The position numbers and the translations under genes are program-made. Shown here piece after piece: positions 31,910-40,000 of a stretch of 40,000 nucleotides of DNA (the first letter of the stretch is position 1; the number at the start of each line of letters is the position of its first letter). The notes beneath the pieces are model-generated. The model was not told the origin of the DNA. It saw nothing but the letters and a program-made list of their open reading frames with translations, and ran no database searches. This DNA is from an uncultured Alphaproteobacteria bacterium. GTDB lineage: Bacteria; Pseudomonadota; Alphaproteobacteria; Rhizobiales; Methyloligellaceae. The stretch lies in contig CAWBSA010000007.1 of the NCBI GenBank assembly GCA_963791255.1, positions 222,020-262,019 of the forward strand. The letters run 5' to 3'.

Positions 31910-33382
31910 CTAGCCCTGCAGGCCGCGCAGCACCTGGGGCAGCATCTCCGGAAGGTCCTCGGCGATCAGGCCGGGGCCGAAGGCCTCAGCCGCGGCGCCA
32001 TGAAGCCAGACGGCGGCGCTTACGGCGGCGAAGGGCGGCATCCTCTGAGCGAGCAGCCCGAGCACCATGCCGGCGAGCACGTCCCCGCTCCCCGCCGTCG
32101 CCAGCCAAGGACTCGTCGTGGCGTTGATCGAGGCGGTGCCGTCGGGCGCCGCGACCACGGTGTCCGAGCCCTTGAGCAGCAGGATCGCGCCAGAGCGGGC
32201 CGAAGCCTGCCGCGCGCGTTCGAGCTTGGAGGGGCCGGCAATGTCGCCGAACAGCCGCGCGAACTCCCCGTCATGCGGGGTGAGCGCCACCGGCGCCGCG
32301 CGCTTCGCTATTGCCGCGAACAGCTTGGCGGAATCGCCGGCGAAGCTCGTGATCGCATCGGCATCGAGCACGACGGCGGCTTGAGACGCCAGCGCCGCCA
32401 GCACAAGCGCCTTGGTGCGCTCGCCGACGCCAACGCCCGGTCCGATCAAGACGGCGTTCCTGCGCTTATCCTCCAGCAGGCTCGTAAGCGCGCGGGCATC
32501 GTCGGCCTCGCGCACCATGATGGCGGTCAGCGCCGACGCATTCACCGCGAGCGCGTCGCGCGGGCTTGCAACCGTGACGAGGCCCGCTCCAACCCGAAGA
32601 GCACCGCGCGCGGCGAGCCTCGCAGCGCCCGTGCTGTAGAGCGGTCCGGACACCACGACCGCGTGGCCGCGCGCATATTTATGGCCCTGCGGCGTCGGCC
32701 AGGGGAAGCGCGCAAGCCAAAGCGGCGGCACGTTGGCGAAGGTCCTGGGCTTGATGGCGTCGAGCACGCTTGCCGGAGTGCCGATCTCGGCGAGGGTGAC
32801 CTCGCCGCAATGGAGCCGCCCCGGCAGCAGCAGATGCCCCGGCTTCAGGCGGAAGAAGGTGACGGTCGCTTGCGCCTCGATGGCAATGCCCCTCACCTCG
32901 CCGGTCGTGCCGTCGATGCCGCTCGGCACGTCGATGGCGATCACGGGAAGGCTTGAGGCGTTCACGGCCTCGATGAGAACGGCATAGTCGCCCTCGATCG
33001 AGCGCGTCAGCCCTGCGCCGAACAGGCCGTCAACCACGACATCGGCGCCGGCGAGGATGGCGGCGGTGAGAGGCTCGCGCGCGCCGGCGAAGCGCTTGGC
33101 GTTAGCGGCGGCATCGGGCGGGAGACGCGCCGGGTCTCCCTTGAAGGCGAGCCTCACTTTGTAGCCGCGCTCGGCGAGATGGCGCGCAGCCACGAAACCG
33201 TCGCCACCGTTATTGCCGGGTCCGCACAGGACGGCGACCGTGCCGGCATCCGGAAAGCGCCGCGCGACCTCATCGGCGACGGCGCGGCCGGCATTCTCCA
33301 TCAAGGTCAGGCCGGGAATGCCGCCGGCGATGGCGAGACGGTCGGCCTCGCCCATCTCCTCAGCGGTCAGAAGCTCGATCAT
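31910..33382 (-). CDS. nnr: Bifunctional NAD(P)H-hydrate repair enzyme (epimerase plus ADP-dependent dehydratase)
   Basis: YjeF_N motif LCGPGNNGGDGF and C-terminal carbohydrate-kinase motifs (GPG.G, TPH.GE, GSGDVLAG). Start ATG 33382. Confidence 0.9.
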   Translation of the reverse strand: MIELLTAEEMGEADRLAIAGGIPGLTLMENAGRAVADEVARRFPDAGTVAVLCGPGNNGGDGFVAARHLAERGYKVRLAFKGDPARLPPDAAANAKRFAGAREPLTAAILAGADVVVDGLFGAGLTRSIEGDYAVLIEAVNASSLPVIAIDVPSGIDGTTGEVRGIAIEAQATVTFFRLKPGHLLLPGRLHCGEVTLAEIGTPASVLDAIKPRTFANVPPLWLARFPWPTPQGHKYARGHAVVVSGPLYSTGAARLAARGALRVGAGLVTVASPRDALAVNASALTAIMVREADDARALTSLLEDKRRNAVLIGPGVGVGERTKALVLAALASQAAVVLDADAITSFAGDSAKLFAAIAKRAAPVALTPHDGEFARLFGDIAGPSKLERARQASARSGAILLLKGSDTVVAAPDGTASINATTSPWLATAGSGDVLAGMVLGLLAQRMPPFAAVSAAVWLHGAAAEAFGPGLIAEDLPEMLPQVLRGLQG

Positions 33383-33469
33383 AAATTCAGCCGATCCCGA
33401 GATTGCCTGCTTCCTGATAAAGCAGAGGCGGTATAAAGAGGACAGCCCAAGCAGCTGGTCCTTCCAATC

Positions 33470-33486
33470 TGCACAATTGTTGTGCA
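33470..33486. promoter_or_regulatory. Candidate NtrC enhancer site (TGCACA-N5-TGTGCA)
   Basis: TGCACAATTGTTGTGCA contains the dyad TGCAC-N7-GTGCA, about 105-120 bp upstream of the sigma54-like element. Confidence 0.45.
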
Positions 33487-33589
33487 TATAGCCCATGTCT
33501 TGAGCAGTAGCATTTTACCCATCCCCACAAGCGTCCGCCCCGCCGACATAGAACCTTGAAACGAGAGACAAAACTTGCGTCTTGAGGAT

Positions 33590-33605
33590 TGGCATAGGGC
33601 GTGCT
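33590..33605 (+). promoter_or_regulatory. Candidate sigma54 (-24/-12) promoter upstream of glnB
   Basis: TGGCAT-N5-GTGCT (GG-N10-GC spacing correct), 86 nt before the glnB ATG. Confidence 0.45.
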
Positions 33606-33654
33606 TCGGCTGGACGCAGTTTTTGCGGGATGGCGAACGGAAGCGCGCGGCTAA

Positions 33655-34029
<375 letters not shown>

Positions 34030-34125
34030 TATGGAGTTGCGAGCAAAGCCGGCGCCAAGGCCGGTTCGTCTTATCGCCGCCACAGGCTTCAGGCGGCTCA
34101 ATCAACCAGATGACAGGGGAGTAAA

Positions 34126-35535
<1,410 letters not shown>

Positions 35536-35572
35536 CGGCTGCACCGCTTAGACAGCGACCCTGAAGAAAGAT

Positions 35573-35608
35573 GGGGCGGCCGCCTCGTGACGGCCGCCCC
35601 ACTTTTTG
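35573..35608 (+). terminator. Rho-independent terminator after glnA
   Basis: GGGGCGGCCG-8 nt-CGGCCGCCCC followed by ACTTTTTG. Confidence 0.75.
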
Positions 35609-35705
35609 CCCGGCCTTTCCGAACCTCAAGCTCTCGCCGCGTTCCCCCGCAGACGCGACAGCATCGAGGCCCCCCGCCAGGCTCCCCCAGAACCCCTCGT
35701 GTGGA

Positions 35706-36023
35706 TCAGGGACGCGCTTCCGCCAGATAGAACATCCCGTAGAGTGCGCCCCCGATCATGAAGGCGTAGATCCAAGATCTTTTGTCGCCGTACCACTGGT
35801 CGAGCATCGACGGCAGGCCGAAGACGACGAAGCGGAACAGCGAAAGCGTGATGAGCGTGGCAATGCACGCGAGCAGCCAGAACGAGGTGCCGCCGGAATC
35901 GCCCTGGCCTACATCCGCCAGAAGCATCCGGCCGCCATCGCTGTTGCTGACGACGACGAGGCCCCAGACCGCAGAGCCGGCCATCGCCAGCAGCATGGCG
36001 TAACGCACGAGCATGACACGCAA
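35706..36023 (-). CDS. Hypothetical small membrane protein (~3 TM)
   Basis: 105-aa ORF with hydrophobic segments and coding-like GC3. The overlapping + strand ORF (35571..36215) is Arg/Pro-rich and shadow-like. Confidence 0.55.
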   Translation of the reverse strand: MRVMLVRYAMLLAMAGSAVWGLVVVSNSDGGRMLLADVGQGDSGGTSFWLLACIATLITLSLFRFVVFGLPSMLDQWYGDKRSWIYAFMIGGALYGMFYLAEARP

Positions 36024-36177
36024 AACCCCGTCGCATTTGTGATGAATTTTAGAGGTCGGCGCGTAAACAAATGGGTAAGGGTCAGGCTTAAGAGGGAGTT
36101 AACAAGACACCGCGTCGTGGCCCGGCTTGCCCTGGCCATCCACGATTTCAACCTTCAGCGCCGCAGCAAGACGTGGA

Positions 36178-36199
36178 TGCCCGCGACAGGCGCGGGCAT
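36178..36199. repeat. REP-like hairpin (ATGCCCGCG-ACAGG-CGCGGGCAT), with a related imperfect unit ~40 bp upstream
   Basis: Shares the TGGATG..CGGG..CAT family pattern with 20086-20113 and 7726-7749. CCATCCACG (36137-36145) and CGTGGATG (36172-36179) form a larger inverted pair. Confidence 0.4.
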
Positions 36200-36224
36200 G
36201 CGGAGACCCTGGTAAGCGTCGAGC

Positions 36225-36779
36225 CTAAGCCGCCTTCCACTTGATGGAGCAGCCGATCGACGGCGTCTGAAGGCGCGGGCCGCTTCCCGTGGCGGCGATC
36301 TCCTTCATCGCCTCGAACAGTTCGCGGCGAACATCGGCGCCGGCAGGCTCGCGCCCGCTCGCATCGAGCCGCCCGCGATATTGCAGTCCGAGAGCGGCGT
36401 TGAAGCCGAAGAAGTCGGGCGTGCAGGCTGCGTCATAGGCTCGCGCGACCTCCTGGCTCTCGTCGTAGAGATACGGAAAGCCGAAGCGATGCTCGGCGGC
36501 AAAGCGCTTCATGTTGTCGAAGGAATCTTCAGGATAGTGCACGGCGTCGTTCGCGGAGATGGCGACAGCGCTCACGCCCAAGCCCTTGAGCTCGTTCGTG
36601 TCGCGCACGATGCGGTCGATCACCGCTTTCACGTAAGGACAGTGATTGCAGATGAACATCACCAGAGTGCCGTTCCGCCCGCGCAAGCCTTGGAGGCTGT
36701 AGGTCTTGCCGTCCACGCCGGGAAGCGTGAAGGATGGCGCCTTCCAGCCGAAATCGCAGACGGGGGTGCCTTCAGCCAT
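36225..36779 (-). CDS. Thioredoxin-fold thiol-disulfide oxidoreductase (AhpC/TSA-like)
   Basis: The FICNHCPYV redox motif in a thioredoxin-like context (FTLPGVDGKTYSL...). Confidence 0.8.
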   Translation of the reverse strand: MAEGTPVCDFGWKAPSFTLPGVDGKTYSLQGLRGRNGTLVMFICNHCPYVKAVIDRIVRDTNELKGLGVSAVAISANDAVHYPEDSFDNMKRFAAEHRFGFPYLYDESQEVARAYDAACTPDFFGFNAALGLQYRGRLDASGREPAGADVRRELFEAMKEIAATGSGPRLQTPSIGCSIKWKAA

Positions 36780-36855
36780 CGATCTTTCCTCTTCGCAAAT
36801 CTGTCACGGGGCGCCTTTATCTTGACGCGCTCCTCCTCACATCACGTGCAAACAT

Positions 36856-38874
36856 ATGGCCACAACCGACCACTTCCACAACAGGGCCGCGGCCTGCGAG
36901 GCCCACGACGATACCCCGCGTAGCCCCGCGACCGGCGAGACGATCGGCGATGTGATCATCCGCCGGTTCAGCCGGCGCGAGATGATGCGCGGCACGCTCG
37001 GCGTGGTAGCCGCCGCCTCCCTGTTCGGGCCGGCCGCGCTCGCCGCGAGCAAGGCGCGGGCGGAAGGCGCGCCCGACCGTTTCCAATTCAAGGAGATCGA
37101 GGCGGGCGTCGACACGACCCACCATGTCGCCGAAGGCTATTGGTGCCGGCCCCTGCTCCGCTGGGGCGATGCGTTGTTTCCAGATTCCCCCAGTTTCGAT
37201 CCGCTCAAGCAGAGCGCGGCGTCGCAGCTCAAGCAGTTCGGCTACAACAACGATTACGTCGCCTATTTCCCGCTCGACGGCTCGAGCAGTCACGGCATCC
37301 TCTGCGTCAACCACGAATACACTAACGAGGAGCTGATGTTCCCGGTGCTCAAGGAGCGCCAGGACACGACCGGCTTCAAGGAGATGACCGAGGAGCTGGT
37401 CAATATCGAGATGGCGGCGCACGGCGTGACCGTCGTCGAGATCGCCCGCGACGGGCTTGAGTGGCACGTGGTCCGCGACAGCCCCTATAACCGCCGCATC
37501 AGCCCGCTCACCCCGATGGCGGTCGATGGCCCTGCCGCCGGCCACGAGCGGCTCAAGACCAAGGGCGATCCGTCGGGACGGTCGCTCATCGGCACGCTCA
37601 ACAATTGCGCCGGCGGTTCGACCCCTTGGGGCACTTATCTGACGGCAGAGGAGAATTTCCACGCCTATTTCTGGACCGACCAGCACGACGCCGAGTGCAA
37701 GCCCAGCAAGGACCTCGGCGGCGATCAGCTCGTGAGCTACCAGCGCTACGGCGTGCCGGGGCTGTGGCAGGCCTGGGGCAAGTTTCACGACCGCTTCAAT
37801 GTCGACAAGGAGCCGAACGAACCGAACCGGTTCGGCTGGATCGTCGAGATCGATCCGCTCGACGCGACTTCGGTCCCGGTGAAGCACACCGCGCTCGGCC
37901 GCTTCTGCCATGAGGGCGCCGAGACCGTGCTCAATAGTGACAGCCGCGTCGTCGTTTATTGCGGCGACGATACGCGCGGCGAATATGTCTATCGCTTCGT
38001 CAGCGAGGGCCGCTTCGATCCGAACGACCGCAAGGCGAACATGTCGCTGTTGTCGGCGGGGACGCTCTACGCCGCGCGCTTCGACGCCGACGGCACGGGG
38101 CGGTGGCTGCCGCTTAAATTCGGCGCGCCGTGGCTCACGCCGGAGAACGGCTTCAACTCGCAGGCCGACGTGATGATCGATGCGCGCCGCGCCGGCGATC
38201 TGCTCGGCGCGACCCGCATGGACCGGCCCGAGGACGTGCAGCCCAACCCGGTCAACGGCAAGGTCTATATCAACCTCACCAACAACGATAAGCGCAAAGC
38301 CGACCAGACCGACAAGGCGAACCCGCGGCCCGAGAATTATTTCGGCCACATCATCGAGCTCGCACCGAAGGACGGCGACCATTCCGGCGACACCTTCGCT
38401 TGGGAGATCCTGGTGCAATGCGGCAATCCGCATGACCCGAGAGGCGGGGTCGACGCCTTGTGGAACCCCGCGACTTCCGACCAGGGATGGTTCTCCTGCC
38501 CCGACAATTCCTGCGTCGACGACGAGGGCCGGCTGTGGGTCGCGACCGACCAGGGCGACAACTGGGCGCGCACCGGCCGCGCCGACGGCCTGTACGGGCT
38601 CGAGACCGAAGGCGAGCGGCGCAGGACCTCCAAGATGTTCTTCCGCGTCCCCGTGGGCGCTGAGCTATGCGGGCCGTGCTTCACGCCTGACCGCGAGACT
38701 CTGTTCCTCGCCGTGCAGCATCCCGGCGCCGATGGCACCGAGGCGCTTTACGGCTTTGGCCTGCCCTCGACCTACAAGAAGCCGGCGACGCGCTGGCCCG
38801 ATTTCCGGGAGGATCGCCCGCCACGGCCCTCGGTGGTGACCATCACCAAGATCGGCGGCGGCAAGATCGCCTGA
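36856..38874 (+). CDS. phoX: PhoX-family alkaline phosphatase (DUF839) with a Tat signal
   Basis: RRFSRREMMRGTLGVVAAASLF is a Tat-type leader. NNCAGGSTPWGTYLTAEEN, RMDRPEDV and GPCFTPD match PhoX motifs. Confidence 0.88.
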   Translation: MATTDHFHNRAAACEAHDDTPRSPATGETIGDVIIRRFSRREMMRGTLGVVAAASLFGPAALAASKARAEGAPDRFQFKEIEAGVDTTHHVAEGYWCRPLLRWGDALFPDSPSFDPLKQSAASQLKQFGYNNDYVAYFPLDGSSSHGILCVNHEYTNEELMFPVLKERQDTTGFKEMTEELVNIEMAAHGVTVVEIARDGLEWHVVRDSPYNRRISPLTPMAVDGPAAGHERLKTKGDPSGRSLIGTLNNCAGGSTPWGTYLTAEENFHAYFWTDQHDAECKPSKDLGGDQLVSYQRYGVPGLWQAWGKFHDRFNVDKEPNEPNRFGWIVEIDPLDATSVPVKHTALGRFCHEGAETVLNSDSRVVVYCGDDTRGEYVYRFVSEGRFDPNDRKANMSLLSAGTLYAARFDADGTGRWLPLKFGAPWLTPENGFNSQADVMIDARRAGDLLGATRMDRPEDVQPNPVNGKVYINLTNNDKRKADQTDKANPRPENYFGHIIELAPKDGDHSGDTFAWEILVQCGNPHDPRGGVDALWNPATSDQGWFSCPDNSCVDDEGRLWVATDQGDNWARTGRADGLYGLETEGERRRTSKMFFRVPVGAELCGPCFTPDRETLFLAVQHPGADGTEALYGFGLPSTYKKPATRWPDFREDRPPRPSVVTITKIGGGKIA

Positions 38875-38909
38875 ATTCCTGGGGCTTGGCGGACTCTTGA
38901 AAAAGCCGC

Positions 38910-38935
38910 GAACGCGTGCGAGCTAACAGCGTTCC
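38910..38935. promoter_or_regulatory. Palindromic EcfG-like motif (minus strand GGAAC-N16-CGTT; plus strand cGAAC-N16-CGTT) between phoX and parE
   Basis: The plus strand reads GAACG at 38910-38914 and CGTTCC at 38930-38935. About one chance hit of this motif is plausible in a window of this size and composition. Confidence 0.3.
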
Positions 38936-38972
38936 CTGTGCATAGAGATTCGCATCTCGCGTCATTGGACCC

Positions 38973-40000
38973 ATGGCCAAGACCGCATCATCGCGCGACC
39001 TGTTCGCCAAGCTCGAGGATGAGTTGAAGAAGAAGCCTGGCAAAGGCGCTAAGCCGCCTGCGAGCGCCAAGCCCGACCGGAAAAGGCGGCGAGGATGGCT
39101 ACACGGCCGCCGACATCGAGGTGCTGGAAGGGCTCGAGCCGGTGCGCCGGCGCCCGGGCATGTATATCGGCGGCACCGATGAGAAGGCGATGCATCACCT
39201 CTTCGCCGAGGTGCTCGACAACGCCATGGACGAGGCGGTCGAGGGCCATGCCTCGCGAATCGAGGTCGAGCTCGAGGAAGACGGCTACCTGACCGTCACC
39301 GACAACGGCCGCGGCATCCCGGTCGATCCCCACCCGAAATTCAAGAAGAAATCCGCGCTCGAAGTCATCATGACCACGCTGCATTCGGGCGGAAAGTTCG
39401 ATTCCAAGGTCTATGCGACAAGCGGCGGGTTGCACGGCGTCGGCGTCTCGGTCGCCAATGCGCTGTCTGAGCATCTCGAGGTCGAGGTGGCGCGCGGGCA
39501 GAAGCTCTACCGGCAGACCTACACGCGCGGCGAGCCGGACGGCCCGGTGAAGAATCTCGGACCGATCAAGAACCGGCGCGGCACCAAGGTTCGCTTCCAG
39601 CCCGATCCCAAGATCTTCGGCAAAGGCTGCGCCTTCAAGCCCGCGCGGCTGTTCCGCATGGCGCGCTCCAAGGCCTATCTGTTCCGCGGCGTGGAGATCA
39701 GGTGGTCATGCGCCAAGGCCGCGCTCGGCGGCGACAGCGAGACGCCGGAAAGTGCCGTCCTCCATTTCCCGGGCGGCCTCAAGGATTTTCTGGCGAACCG
39801 CATCGAAGGCCAGGAGACGGTCACCAACGACGTGTTCGCCGGGCGCATCGAGCGGACCGAAGGCCACGGCTCGGTGGAATGGGCGATCGCCTGGATCGCG
39901 AGCGACGACGGCTTTCTCAGCACCTATTGCAACACCGTCCCTACCCCCGACGGCGGCACCCACGAAGCTGGCTTGCGTGCGGCGTTGACCAAGAGCCTGC
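38973..40000 (+). CDS. parE: DNA topoisomerase IV subunit B (partial, continues past the window end). The N-terminal leader is in a different frame from the conserved body (break at A4 run 39081-39084)
   Basis: Frame of ATG 38973 gives MAKTASSRDLFAKLEDELKKKPGKGAKPPASAKPDRK. The next frame gives GGEDGYTAADIEVLEGLEPVRRRPGMYIGGTDEKAMHHLFAEVLDNAMDEAVEGHA...GGLHGVGVSV. GC3 switches frame at the A-run. The body frame has an upstream stop at 39025-39027 and no start before GTG 39121. Confidence 0.8.

Noticed and set aside
31847-32956. 369-aa + strand ORF opposite nnr; similar long antisense ORFs at 30816..31775, 34102..34941, 20816..21598 and 5252..6058
   Set aside because: All are antisense to genes with clear family motifs and are Arg/Gly/Ala-rich without motifs. 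They are GC-rich frame shadows.
36817-38433. 538-aa minus-strand ORF opposite phoX
   Set aside because: A shadow ORF. The + strand encodes a PhoX with a Tat signal and conserved motifs.
39095-39292. 65-aa ORF (MATRPPTSRCW...) inside the parE 5' region
   Set aside because: It is out of frame with the conserved ParE sequence, has low GC3 and has no SD. It is a by-product of the GC-rich sequence.

Overview
GC-rich (strong G/C third-codon-position bias) alphaproteobacterial, Hyphomicrobiales-like chromosomal segment from a methylotroph or methanotroph-type organism. No transposase, integrase, rRNA, tRNA or CRISPR array is visible. The window has three blocks. (1) 1-7.7 kb is a general stress response (GSR) locus. 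It holds a Tat-type msrB (partial), an HWE histidine kinase, DUF1328, a FAT-GUY-type single-domain receiver, csbD, two tandem DUF3309 genes, and phyR divergent from nepR-ecfG, followed by small stress-type genes. Four perfect GGAAC-N16/17-CGTT (EcfG-type) promoters can be read directly. (2) 7.7-30 kb is a tetrahydromethanopterin/methanofuran (H4MPT/MFR) C1-transfer island. On one side it carries a pabB-pabC fusion, fhcD-fhcC, a PCD-like gene, mptG, mtdB, an orfY-type ATP-grasp gene, mch, an orf5-type RimK ligase, an orf7-type CitG-like gene, fae, a HisA/F-like gene and a hydantoinase-like gene. A minus-strand operon carries mfnB-like, folB-like, amino-acid-kinase-like, DHPS-like and DUF447 genes. 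The island is interrupted by a GT2-like gene, uppP, a patatin-like lipase, a small secreted protein, a cytochrome c and a SAM methyltransferase. (3) 30-40 kb holds a TPR protein, nnr, glnB-glnA, a membrane protein, a thioredoxin-like protein, phoX and parE (partial). I see no clear novel multi-gene system. The observations most worth a second look are these: reading-frame breaks in mtdB, parE and a small secreted gene, plus a suspicious non-coding tail on the orfY-type gene; a candidate EcfG-driven C-rich small RNA in the kinase/DUF1328 gap; a small secreted protein with a duplicated VMLNPQPLPPK motif inside the C1 island; the fhcDC-pabBC linkage; and MITE-like and REP-hairpin repeats, one of which supplies a gene's stop codon. 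All functional calls rest on motif recognition from memory, not on database searches.
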